Positions 36,489-46,155 of a DNA stretch of 55,877 bases are shown piece by piece. Where the stretch lies: the NCBI GenBank assembly GCA_049472335.1, contig JBLIRO010000031.1:1-55877 (forward strand). The letters are read 5' to 3'. Source of the DNA: a bacterium (GTDB lineage: Bacteria > SZUA-182 > DTGQ01 > JAFGSM01). Both the position numbers and the translations under genes were made by a program. Within the stretch, counting starts at the first letter, position 1. Each line of letters begins with the position of its first letter. Under the pieces are notes generated by a model that worked only from the letters and a program-made list of their open reading frames with translations, searched no databases and was not told the origin of the DNA.

Positions 36489-38586
36489 CCCGACTTCCAG
36501 ATTTTAAAAAAATAGTCTTATTTTTCAGGGCATTTTCATTTTTTCAGTCACTATATTATTCCTTTGACCACCATTTTTTTTGTTTCATTATTTCATAAGG
36601 CATATCAAGCAGATCGTATATTTTCTTATGTTCCTTCTCAGGTGTTGAGCCTTTACGAATGCGGAGCACCTTTCCTGTATCAGTAGGCAGCACAATAGTT
36701 ACTGCTTGATGGGTGGAAAGCTTTTCCCTGATCGTGCCCCAGGAGATATGGACCCCTTTATCTAAAAACATCTTCTCAATACATACCAAAAGATGATAGG
36801 CAAGCAAACAAAGGAATATGTTGGTCTGGGCTCTGTACTGGAGGTGATGGAAGATAGGACGCTCCCACAAGGGATTCTTCATATCTCTGAAGGCAGCCTC
36901 TACGCGGGTGAGGAAAAGATAGGTTTTGACAATCTCCTCATCTGTCATATCCTTACGATCAGTCCTCATCACATAACTGCCATCCAGTTTCTCGGCTTTT
37001 TCCTTTTTCTCTGTACTTTCTTCACAAACTAGTGTTTGATCAAAATCGATGGTGTAATACCGGGCAATCCTGGAATATCTCTCCTTGAGACGACCGATTG
37101 TCTGTTGGATCTTGGGCTCCTTTTTGGGTCTGCCATTTTGGATACGGAGTTTTAGTTTTTCTATATCCTTGAGAAACTTCTTTTCCTGCTTTTCTCTGAT
37201 AGCACGGTCCTTTTCTTTTCTCCCCTCTGAAAGACAAAGGATGTACACCTCTTCCTCTGTCTGCACCCGTTTGATGAGTATCTTTGATTTCTTCTGAGAG
37301 GGATTATGAGGTAAAGGGGTGCGCAGGAGTTCCTGCCATCCTGTGTCGTCTTCAAATTCATCAAGCCACTTATTCCGCTCCGGTTGCCGAGCTGCAACTA
37401 TATAGTGATAATTTTTCTCCTTTATCTGTTTTATGTTCTCTTCAAAGGACATGCCACGATCAACAATAACTGTTCCCCTTTTTTCTGTGCCTACTCGTTT
37501 CTGTAAAGTGTCGAGCATTTCCTCCAGAGTAGTGCTGTCCTTTCGATTCCCATCAAAAATCTCATGAGCCTTCGGAAAACCGTCACCATCAATCACAAGC
37601 CCAATGACAAGCTGCTTGCAATCAGGCCATTTATCTCGACTACAGCTACGTTTTGCCTGAGGATTCTCGGGACATTCCCCTTCAAAATAGGTGAAGGTAA
37701 GGTCACACAGATAAAGGGTTGTATCCAGATTAAAGAGGCTCTCTTCCCTTTTAGCAAGCTCTTTTTCAATATGTCCCCGGCCAGGATAAAGCTTGTCCAT
37801 GGTCCGGTAAAGGGACTCATCGTTCAGAAGGCTGAAATCCTTGTCCAGTATATCATTAAGGGCTGTACGATTAATCCAGTCAGGCATAGCAAGCTCTGAA
37901 GAGGGGGCTATTAGTCGATTCAGGGTCATGACCTGGATGAGAATCCTTGCCGGCTCTGAAATGTCCACCTCTTGCAATATCCGATCAAGTTCAAGCCGCT
38001 GCCACATCTGGTGGCCCACATGCACAGGACCTGCCTCCCGATGGTTCTCTGTGGTGACCTTATCCATGCGCACTTCCACAATATCAGTAGGCGTTTTGAG
38101 TTTTTCCTGATCTGCTTTGTCAGTGGATACACCCTTTTGTTTTTCCTCATATACTTTGGTCTTTTGGACAATCTCATCAACCTGCGAATCAGGGCCTTGG
38201 AGAAACATCTGTCCGGCAAGAGAAGCCTCAACTTTCCTTGCCAGTTGAAGCCACTCTTCTCGTGGACGGGGCTCAAGACTGCCGAGGGAGCAAATGGTTT
38301 TTTGGCGAGGTCCTTTGGGGGTTTGAAAAGACTCCACAAGAAGGTAATTATCGTAGGTTTTGTCTTTATACTTTTTTGTTGTTTTTCTAATGTACATAGG
38401 TAACTATATATCATAACATATTCTCTATGTAAAATTATATTAAAATATTTTTCGTCACTTTTTTGAAAATTATCTTGTCCATAGCCTCATTTTTTATACT
38501 CTTTGCCAAGCGAAAATTGCTTATTTTTTTGGTGAATTTTTCTGTGAAAAAATTCTGCTTTATTTACCCTTTCTGTAGAAGTTGGG
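36489..38586 (-). mobile_element. IS1634-family insertion sequence
   Basis: Imperfect terminal IRs CCCGACTTCC (36489) and CCCAACTTCT (reverse complement of 38577-38586) enclose the transposase. Confidence 0.75.
36556..38397 (-). CDS. IS1634-family DDE transposase
   Basis: MYIRKT...KGPRQKTICSLG, NRLIAPSSE, DLTFTYFEG, FDGNRKD, VDRGM, VEAAFRDMK...RPIFH. Confidence 0.92.
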   Translation of the reverse strand: MYIRKTTKKYKDKTYDNYLLVESFQTPKGPRQKTICSLGSLEPRPREEWLQLARKVEASLAGQMFLQGPDSQVDEIVQKTKVYEEKQKGVSTDKADQEKLKTPTDIVEVRMDKVTTENHREAGPVHVGHQMWQRLELDRILQEVDISEPARILIQVMTLNRLIAPSSELAMPDWINRTALNDILDKDFSLLNDESLYRTMDKLYPGRGHIEKELAKREESLFNLDTTLYLCDLTFTYFEGECPENPQAKRSCSRDKWPDCKQLVIGLVIDGDGFPKAHEIFDGNRKDSTTLEEMLDTLQKRVGTEKRGTVIVDRGMSFEENIKQIKEKNYHYIVAARQPERNKWLDEFEDDTGWQELLRTPLPHNPSQKKSKILIKRVQTEEEVYILCLSEGRKEKDRAIREKQEKKFLKDIEKLKLRIQNGRPKKEPKIQQTIGRLKERYSRIARYYTIDFDQTLVCEESTEKKEKAEKLDGSYVMRTDRKDMTDEEIVKTYLFLTRVEAAFRDMKNPLWERPIFHHLQYRAQTNIFLCLLAYHLLVCIEKMFLDKGVHISWGTIREKLSTHQAVTIVLPTDTGKVLRIRKGSTPEKEHKKIYDLLDMPYEIMKQKKWWSKE

Positions 38587-38760
38587 CTAGACTTATATTT
38601 GGTCAAAAAGACCCTGCTTGGGTCTGTGGAGAAGAGGGTGTCCAAAAGGCCTCTTTCTAGGATCAGGCACTTGCCTTGTGCACTGATTTGTCCGGAAAAG
38701 TCAAACAGATGCTCATTATTGTGGCAGATGCCTATTTCTCCAAAGCCCCATTTATTATAG
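38587..38760 (+). pseudogene. Internal fragment of a DDE transposase (IS701/IS4-like)
   Basis: RLIFGQKDPAW...SF*DQALALC...MLIIVADAYFSKAPF, with an in-frame stop. Confidence 0.55.
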
Positions 38761-38774
38761 GCTCTTTAGAGCCG

Positions 38775-39475
38775 AGATCAATGCGGATCAGCCTTAGTTT
38801 AAAGGGGTAGTTGGTAATCCAAACTGTTCACACATCTTTTTTGATACCGGTGTGGGATATATTATAACAATTTTTTCATCAAGCCAGAGGCAAAAAATCT
38901 TCTGGCAACTTTCCATAAGTTTATAGGAAGCCTTACACAGAAGTGAGCTCCTTTATTAAGGATCAGATGAAAGAGCTACAATGCCGCGGATATCCCCTAT
39001 CCAATAAGATAAGGTCCTGAGGGCCAATATATGCAAAGTGTTGAGCGGCTAAGTAACGCTCTCCTTGAGATTTAGGAGCAATGAGGGCATCGTTGATTAT
39101 ATGATTGAGTACATCAAACATCTGAGACACCCTGGCAACAGGACAACTCTCCCCTTTGGCAGGATTCCAGGTGCCAAAATAGTCGCTGACTTCTTCGGTT
39201 CTCGGTACCTTTGCAGTGGAACCATCTACTGCCAATAGTCGAAAACCATGCCATGTCTTAGGAGAGAAATGTTTCGTGAAAAATTCAATCCCTTTGTATA
39301 TAAGTTCTATAAAAGCCGAATGGCTGAGTTTTTTCATGCCTGGCAAAAAGTACTGTAAATGACCTTCCTGTCAGCTACATCGGAACCGGAGACGGCTTTG
39401 AAAAAGCTATCAATCTCATTTTGTATAGATGGCTTTAAAAGATTCATGAGGAATAATATAACAGTGATAAAATGA
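38775..39475 (-). pseudogene. IS4-family transposase remnant with stop and frameshifts
   Basis: ILFLMNLLKPSIQNEIDSFF...FCQA*, KKLSHSAF...WHGFRLLAVDGST...LLDRGYP, then LILNKGAHFCVRLP...LRLIRIDL in a shifted frame. Confidence 0.8.
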
Positions 39476-39543
39476 TTAGGTGAAAAACTGCAACAGTTGA
39501 GAATAATTTAAATTTGATTATTGTTTTTATTTTATTTATTTAT

Positions 39544-40128
39544 TTATTTAATAATTATACCCCTTTTCTCTAAATTTTTTAATAAAATCTCTCTTACTCT
39601 TCTATTACTTTCAAAAATTTGAGATCTTGTATAGCCAAGGAGATTAGCAATATATTTCGAATCCTTTTCATCCTCATAAGTAAGATCAAAAATAAGTTTT
39701 TTTTGATTAGAAATATTAGAATAGGTCTCCATAAATGCATTCCTAATACTTTCAATACTTATATAATTCTGTTCAGATTGATTTGAGATATTTAGATCTT
39801 TTCTTATATCTTCAATGCATACTATTTCTGGAGAAGACTTTTTGAAAAATTTTTTAAAAGTATCTTTAATAAAACTTTTAAGTATTAATACAAGATAATA
39901 CTGGGGAGATGATTTATTTGGATTATAATTTTCCAACTTTTCAAAATTATTCTTTTGTATATATATAAAAAAGTCTTGGAATAAATCATCTGGTTCGATT
40001 CCTACACTTTTAAGATTATCTTTTTTATTATGAATAATTTTATAAATTAAACGAATATATCTTTTAAGAAAATCATCAGGAGAATCTCCAAAAAACTCAG
40101 GAAAATCTTTATTAAAAAAATTTTTCAT
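39544..40128 (-). CDS. ECF-type RNA polymerase sigma factor
   Basis: FLKRYIRLIY...DDLFQDFF...YL..ILKS.IKD (region 2); KKLIFDL.Y....SKYIANLLG (region 4). Confidence 0.7.
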   Translation of the reverse strand: MKNFFNKDFPEFFGDSPDDFLKRYIRLIYKIIHNKKDNLKSVGIEPDDLFQDFFIYIQKNNFEKLENYNPNKSSPQYYLVLILKSFIKDTFKKFFKKSSPEIVCIEDIRKDLNISNQSEQNYISIESIRNAFMETYSNISNQKKLIFDLTYEDEKDSKYIANLLGYTRSQIFESNRRVREILLKNLEKRGIIIK

Positions 40129-40922
40129 ACTTAATACCTTTATTGTTCCTATAGTTTTTAGTCCTAATTTAGAGCACTCTTCAATAGAAAGGTTTGTAAG
40201 TGTCTATTGCTTTAAAATCGACCAGTGAATCCGGATTTATTCCAACCATTTTCAGAGCGTAAGCGACGCTGATTTTTAATTATAAAAATAGTCGATTTAA
40301 AGTTAATAAATTTTTAATCAATAATATCGCCTCCTTACAATTAACATAACCTCATGTTACAAATAATAAGTGTTTTCTTTAATACCTTTAGTTTTTTGAT
40401 TTTTTTCCTTCCCCCTTTATGGTTTAAAGCTTGGAGATAAATTTTTCGAATTTATTGACGGTCTGTTTTATATAATAATCAAGAACAGTGCCCAATATAA
40501 AAACGAGTAATGTCATGTAAAACAAATAATTATAAAATTGAAAAAGCTGATCTTTTTAAGAATAAAAGTGATATATTGTTGGTCTTTTTCTAACACTTAT
40601 AAGGCTAAGAATATATAAACATTATAAGTTTCTGATAATGTTAGTTAAGAACTAATATGTTAATTATCTACTAACCCAGACACATAGTATGAGATGACTC
40701 CTTACTACTAAAAAAGAGATTTTAATCGTAAGCCCATTTATCAGAAAAAGACGTACCCACCAAATGATACAACAGCTAAAAATATCAACCGGGAAAAATA
40801 TCCGTGTCATCATCGTGACAAGTCCGAAAGAGGATTTTACACCAATTGATCGGGAAATCTATATTTAATTTTTCTATTTATATCTATAACAAATGTGATT
40901 GTGTGTGTGTGATTGTGATTGT

Positions 40923-41350
40923 GATAGGAATTCGCTTTTGTGAATAAAAGTATAAACAGGATTTTCAATTTTTGTCAAGACAAATATTCAAATAAAATTT
41001 TAGCAGAAAGTGAAAAGGGTAATAATTTACCAGAGAAGGAGCATCGCTGGAAAGTGGAAAATACTCTGAAAAGGCCAAAAGAGGTTCCTTTGATGACAAA
41101 TTTAGGCACACCAATAGTGTAAGATATTGGTGGGGTCCTGATAGGGCAGGTTATGTGGGAAGATAATCAAAGAAACTATAGTCGTAGACTGTCTCTTCAA
41201 TTATTTTGTCTTTCTTGTTCATCGGAGGACTATGAGCTTGAGGCTGCCATAGGTCAAGGCGCTTAAGAATCTTTTCGATGGTTTTCGGCTGATCAATGAT
41301 CAAAATTATTCTCATAAGATGTGAACAGCGGGGATATGAAAGGGGGCTGG
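40923..41350 (-). mobile_element. IS91-family remnant (transposase C-terminus plus oriIS-like end)
   Basis: PRCSHLMRIILIIDQPKTIEKILKRLDLW...HSPP; downstream AAGCGAATTCCTATC (minus strand, 40923-40937) resembles IS91/ISCR oriIS ends. Confidence 0.65.
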
Positions 41351-41425
41351 TAAAAATCACAGATAAAGGCAACATGTGTTACCTATAGTTGTCCGGATCC
41401 AAATCAAATGCCCTCATCATGACAA

Positions 41426-41716
41426 ATGCCTGGAAAACCTTTCAAGCATGGCAGGTTGAAGGCCGATATATTTATCGAGAATAAAAAGGTTATGATCTCT
41501 ATCTCAGACACAGGGATAGGAATTTCGGAGGAAGATTTATCGCAAATATTCAACAGATTCTTTCGTGGAGACATAGAAGAAAAGGGCATAGAGTCCGGCA
41601 GCGGGTTAGGATTAAGCATAGCCTCATCCATTGCCAAAATCCACAAAGGCAGCATTCGTGCGGAAAGCAAACCCGGAGAAGGTGCTACCTTTACCGTATC
41701 CTTGCCTGTTCTATGA
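41426..41716 (+). pseudogene. C-terminal HATPase fragment of a sensor histidine kinase
   Basis: ISISDTGIGI, IFNRFFRG, GSGLGLSIA...HKGSI..ES..G.G.TF. No H-box, N-box or sensor domain. Confidence 0.8.
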
Positions 41717-41886
41717 TATCTCTATCTCTCTTCTTTTATATTTTTCTTCACAATGACATATGTTCCGTTAGATTTTGCCTTTCCAAGATTAAAATTTTTT
41801 AATTTGTTTTTAATCTCTTCTTAATCATCAATTTGTTATACTTATAATAGATTCGTTTTAATTTATAATTTTCAAGGAGAATATGT

Positions 41887-42240
41887 ATGAAAAAAATTCT
41901 TATACTGGATGACGAAGAGAGAATTCGACGGATTTATAAGGAACTTTTAACTCACGAAGGTTATGAAATCATTGAGGCTTCAACCGCACTGGAAGCCCAC
42001 TCAACATTGAAAAACAATAAGATAGACCTGATTCTCTTGGATATAAAGATTCCGAAGGTGAGCGGTAGTGTCATGTACGATGTGATAGAACAGTTCTTTA
42101 AAAATTTAAAAGTAATTGTCAGCAGTGTTTATCCTATAGATCTGCAAAAAAGGATTATCCCCGGCGCTTACGATTATTATGATAAATCGCAAGGAACTGA
42201 GTTATTGATCCGGAAAGTAAATAACGCCATGCAAAATTGA
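41887..42240 (+). CDS. Single-domain response regulator (receiver)
   Basis: KKILILDDE, LLDIKIP, VSS, YYDK; AAGGAG RBS. Confidence 0.88.
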   Translation: MKKILILDDEERIRRIYKELLTHEGYEIIEASTALEAHSTLKNNKIDLILLDIKIPKVSGSVMYDVIEQFFKNLKVIVSSVYPIDLQKRIIPGAYDYYDKSQGTELLIRKVNNAMQN

Positions 42241-42327
42241 TTGATTAAGATTATAATTTTATATAATTACTTTCTTTTAGCTGAATCATTTTAAACTTCA
42301 CTTTAACATGGAAGAAGCAGCATTAAT

Positions 42328-42945
42328 ATGGAAAATAATAAGGATTTTCTCGATTTTTTAGATCTTTGCACTCAAAAAGACAAGATTGCATGGAACAAGT
42401 TTATCAATAAATACAGCAACTTGATTTATAATTATATTATAAAAACGTTACAAAGGTATAATTACTTTTTTCAAGAGGATGTGCTTGAAGAGATCTTTAA
42501 CAGCGTCTTTTTGGCACTTCTGGATAAGGATTGCAGAAGGTTAAAAAATTTTAGAGGCCAGGATGAACGGTCTTTTATGGCTTACCTGAGAGAAATTGTT
42601 TTTAACTTAACCATAGACTTTTTGAGGGAGCAAAAAAGAATTGTTTCTTTGGAATGTGTAGGGCAAGTTGACCTGGACAAGGATAAGGATAAAGAATTGG
42701 ATACTCTTTCCCTGTTAAAAACTATCTCAATTTTAAAGGAAGGGCTTTCAGAAAGGTATAAATATCTTTTTAAATTGATTTATGAAGAGGACCTGGGAAT
42801 GTCGGAAATAGCGAATATAATGAATTTAAAGCTTAATGCAATACACCAAATGAAATTTCGCATGATAAATACCATTATTGATATAGCAAAAAAGAAGAAT
42901 TTATATCATGAACTGGCAGAATTGTCTCTTCCAAATTATGCATAG
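42328..42945 (+). CDS. ECF-type RNA polymerase sigma factor
   Basis: DKIAWNKFINKYSNLIY, EEIFNSVF, SFMAYL.EIVFNLTIDFLR, LSERYKYLFKL...SEIANIM. Confidence 0.82.
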   Translation: MENNKDFLDFLDLCTQKDKIAWNKFINKYSNLIYNYIIKTLQRYNYFFQEDVLEEIFNSVFLALLDKDCRRLKNFRGQDERSFMAYLREIVFNLTIDFLREQKRIVSLECVGQVDLDKDKDKELDTLSLLKTISILKEGLSERYKYLFKLIYEEDLGMSEIANIMNLKLNAIHQMKFRMINTIIDIAKKKNLYHELAELSLPNYA

Positions 42946-42975
42946 GATATTTTATTATCATTACAATGATCTATT

Positions 42976-43539
42976 TTATCTACTTCTGATTTCCTTTACA
43001 TAAATAACCTTATTATCCCCTGCGGAATAAAAATCCTTGAGTATTGCTTCCTTTTTATATCCGCAATGGCTATAAAATAAACGTGCGGCTTCATAGGATT
43101 TTCGGGATGAAGTCTCAATATAAATACGATCTCCTTTCATTTCGGATATGATGGATTCGCTTTTTGTTAACAGCGCCTTTCCAATCCCCAAATTATGCAA
43201 ATCCCGGTGAACTGCAAGCCAGTAAAGATCAAAACTTGATATTGTACCGGCAATCTTGCCAAAGCATGAATAACCCACCATTTTCCCGTATCGTTCGCCA
43301 AAAAGGAAATGATAATCGCTTTGATCCCCTTTCTTCAATCTTTCATCAGCCAATTCTATGGCGATATTCACCTCCTCCGAAGAAAAAACGCTAGTGGATT
43401 CAATGATCTCAAGAATTTTCTCCGGATCATCCGCCGTTATCTCATTCCGGAAGATGAGTTCCTGATCATTATCCAGGATGTCAAGACCGATATTTATTTC
43501 TTTATAACCCGTTTTGTGACACAAAGATTTTAGTTTCAT
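42976..43539 (-). CDS. GNAT family N-acetyltransferase
   Basis: GYSCFG, FDLYWLAVH...NLGIGKALL, IYIETSS...ARLFY..CGY. Confidence 0.9.
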   Translation of the reverse strand: MKLKSLCHKTGYKEINIGLDILDNDQELIFRNEITADDPEKILEIIESTSVFSSEEVNIAIELADERLKKGDQSDYHFLFGERYGKMVGYSCFGKIAGTISSFDLYWLAVHRDLHNLGIGKALLTKSESIISEMKGDRIYIETSSRKSYEAARLFYSHCGYKKEAILKDFYSAGDNKVIYVKEIRSR

Positions 43540-44519
43540 ATAAATGCCGTATTAATGATTCTTTTTAAAATGTTACCGGAGCTTAAACCAGCCCTTTGAG
43601 CCGCAGCGATAAATCCACTGTCCGGAGCCAGGCATGGATTGGCATTAACCTCAAGCACCCAGGGAAATCCATGCATATCAATTCTGAAATCTACCCTGGC
43701 GTATCCTCTTAATTCGAATAAATTCCAACAGCTTACAGAGATAATGTTCAATTGACGAAGCAAATCGCCATCCATATCGGCAAAGTCAAAACACCGGCAA
43801 GTATGTTGGTATTCAAAGGATCCTTTCTCCCATTTTGCGGTATAATCAACAATTTTATATCTTTCTTCAGGATAATCCGTAAACAGGATCTCCGCCGGAG
43901 GAAGCACCTCCGGACCATTGCCGCTGTCCAAAAGGGAGATGTTAAATTCACGGCCATCAATGTAAGCCTCTGCAAAACAATCCCATCCGGTCTGAAAGGA
44001 ACGAAGCCTGATATAATTTAAAAGCTCATCCCGGGACTTCGGATGAAATATGGAAGCCTGATTAAGGCCTTTGGAGGCATGTTCCCATACAGATTTTATT
44101 ATATAAGGGCCGTCTCCATTTAAAAGATCTTCTCTGTCATGTTCCGGAGAGAACCATTTTGGCGTAAAGATGCTGGATTCTTCAAGCCTTTTTTTGGCAA
44201 TCAGCTTGTTCGAGGTTGAAATTAAAGACTCTGTCTTTGAACCGGTGTAAGGCATCCGGATTTCATCCAGGAGTTTTGCAGCCTCATGAATCAAATTACC
44301 CTGCCCGTTTACTGACTCCACAAGGTTAAAGACCAGATCCGGATTGATTCTATGCAGTTCACCGGCAACTTTTCCAAAATCAAGTGAAAAACAAACCGGA
44401 ATCGGTTCATTTCCCATATCAGAAAGGGCCTCTGAAATATATTCACATTGACTGATAATGTCCCGGTCATCTTCAGGTGCATCTTCAGCTACGTAATCAT
44501 GCAAGATAACTATCTTCAT
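43536..44519 (-). CDS. D-Ala-D-Ala ligase-like ATP-grasp enzyme B
   Basis: DLVFNLVES, PYTGS, IIKSVWEHASKG, EAYIDGREF, YTAKW, GYARVDFR, LEVNANP. Confidence 0.88.
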   Translation of the reverse strand: MKIVILHDYVAEDAPEDDRDIISQCEYISEALSDMGNEPIPVCFSLDFGKVAGELHRINPDLVFNLVESVNGQGNLIHEAAKLLDEIRMPYTGSKTESLISTSNKLIAKKRLEESSIFTPKWFSPEHDREDLLNGDGPYIIKSVWEHASKGLNQASIFHPKSRDELLNYIRLRSFQTGWDCFAEAYIDGREFNISLLDSGNGPEVLPPAEILFTDYPEERYKIVDYTAKWEKGSFEYQHTCRCFDFADMDGDLLRQLNIISVSCWNLFELRGYARVDFRIDMHGFPWVLEVNANPCLAPDSGFIAAAQRAGLSSGNILKRIINTAFI

Positions 44520-44551
44520 TTTCTTTTTAAAATGACCCCTTGAATGGCTTT

Positions 44552-45586
44552 TTACGATTTTATCAATTTCAGGGGAATTTTGTTATTTTTTAATCCGGAT
44601 TCCTCAATATGATTTATTCTTTTCATGGCAGATTTCATAATCATATTAATCAGATCCACATAATTGATATCAACCATATTACATAGAATCGGAAGATCAG
44701 AATGTACAGGATGTAATCCAGCCAATGGATTGATGTCAATTACATGAGGAAGACCCTGCGCGTCTGCCCGAAGATCTATCCTGCCCGCATCCCTGCACCC
44801 GAACCCCCTCCAGACAGCCAGAGCCATCCGTTTGGCTTTTTCTGCCACAGCATCATTAACCAGGCGATATTCCACCCTCTCTTTATAATTTTCCTTATTA
44901 AAGTAGGAATATATTTCTCCTTGCTCATTATCTTTTTTTACCAAAATTTCCAATACGCCAAGATCTCTTGAATCCTTGCCTGTACCTACAATTCCCACAG
45001 TGAACTCCCTGCCCGGAAGAAAGGTTTCCACCAGAATCGGCTGGGCATATTTAGTCAATAATCTGGAACAAACAGAGACAAATTCGCCCTGATTTCGTAT
45101 CTTCGATTCATCGTTTATTCCCTTGCCGGTTCCCTCGGCTATGGGCTTTGCAAAAAGGGGGAAAGGCAGATCCACTTTTCGAATGTCAGCCTCCGATTCT
45201 ATGATTGTAAAAGCGGGTGTAGGAATTCCCAGATTACGGATAATACGTTTGCTCATCCCTTTATGAAGGGTAAGGGAAAGGACTAAAGGATCGGAAAATG
45301 TATATGGGATTTCATAAGCATCCAACAGGCAGGGCACCTGGGCCTCCCGACCGAACCCTTTCAATCCCTCGGCAATATTAAATACCAGATTCCATCTGTC
45401 TCCCTTCACGAGACGGGAGGCTAAACTTTTGACATGTCCTATCCTGTCTGTCCTGAACCCTATAACCAGAAGGGCATTTTCAATGGCATCGATCGTTTCC
45501 GGTTTATCAAACTCTGCTGTTTCCTCAAGGCTGTATCCTGCTGCCAGATAATCCTCCCTGAGGTCATAAGTAATCCCGATAATCAT
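44552..45586 (-). CDS. D-Ala-D-Ala ligase-like ATP-grasp enzyme A
   Basis: LVFNIAEG...REAQVP, PYTFSD, FAKPIAEGTGKGI, ETFLPGREFTVG, RDAGRIDLR, DINPLAGL. Confidence 0.9.
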   Translation of the reverse strand: MIIGITYDLREDYLAAGYSLEETAEFDKPETIDAIENALLVIGFRTDRIGHVKSLASRLVKGDRWNLVFNIAEGLKGFGREAQVPCLLDAYEIPYTFSDPLVLSLTLHKGMSKRIIRNLGIPTPAFTIIESEADIRKVDLPFPLFAKPIAEGTGKGINDESKIRNQGEFVSVCSRLLTKYAQPILVETFLPGREFTVGIVGTGKDSRDLGVLEILVKKDNEQGEIYSYFNKENYKERVEYRLVNDAVAEKAKRMALAVWRGFGCRDAGRIDLRADAQGLPHVIDINPLAGLHPVHSDLPILCNMVDINYVDLINMIMKSAMKRINHIEESGLKNNKIPLKLIKS

Positions 45587-45610
45587 TATATCTTACCTCA
45601 TACATATGAA

Positions 45611-45669
45611 ATTTCTTTGCCCGAAGCAATTCCTACTTCCAAAGGTTGGAAAGCTTCGGGCACAGAAAT
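45611..45669. repeat. Nested inverted repeat (long stem-loop) between operon genes
   Basis: ATTTCT-T-TGCCCGAAGC ... TTCCAA-AGG-TTGGAA-A-GCTTCGGGCA-C-AGAAAT. Confidence 0.7.
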
Positions 45670-45687
45670 AATGGGGGGAGTTATTTT

Positions 45688-46059
45688 TTATCTTCTTGAT
45701 TCCGTATCGGTTGAAGGTTCGTCTTCAGGCTCTTCTTCAAATTTATAAGGTTCCTGAGAGCCTTCATCTTCGGTATCCCATTTATAGGGAGCTTCTTTGA
45801 TATCATCTTCATCCGGCTCCAATATTATAATATCATTTCCGTCACCCTCGGGCACAACAAACCATTCATCCTCTTTATTCTCTTCTTCCTCTGCCTGGCT
45901 GAATCTATAATCCATCTCATCAGCCCTCGCTATAACAGTTGTTTCTGGCTCATGAGAAGCGAAAGAGGGTGAATGCGCAAATATCAATGAGACCATAATT
46001 ACTAAACACATGAAGCAAATCGCTAAAATTTTTCCTTTCATCTTAATTCTCCAAATCAA
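45688..46059 (-). CDS. Small, highly acidic secreted protein
   Basis: MKGKILAICFMCLVIMVSLIFAHSPSFA signal peptide (SFA cleavage), then a D/E-rich low-complexity tail. Confidence 0.65.
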   Translation of the reverse strand: MIWRIKMKGKILAICFMCLVIMVSLIFAHSPSFASHEPETTVIARADEMDYRFSQAEEEENKEDEWFVVPEGDGNDIIILEPDEDDIKEAPYKWDTEDEGSQEPYKFEEEPEDEPSTDTESRR

Positions 46060-46155
46060 TTAATTTATTATTCTTATAACGATATATCGGATAATGATGA
46101 TCTTAAATCTTCTGAATGAAAGCACCCCCTTTCATCAAATCATATGAACCCTTTA

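Noticed and set aside
36793..38660. Several overlapping ORFs in and around the IS1634 transposase
   Set aside because: Alternative-frame or antisense shadows with no recognisable motifs; only the 3' end of 38463-38660 belongs to a transposase fragment
40894..40925. TGTGAT/GT repeat as a CRISPR or contingency locus
   Set aside because: Only about 30 nt, no spacers, not in a gene or an evident promoter; no CRISPR array, tRNA or rRNA was recognised anywhere in the window
43536..45586. Canonical ddl or van resistance ligases
   Set aside because: No mur/fts or vanH/X context; motifs are divergent and linked to kamA and a GNAT
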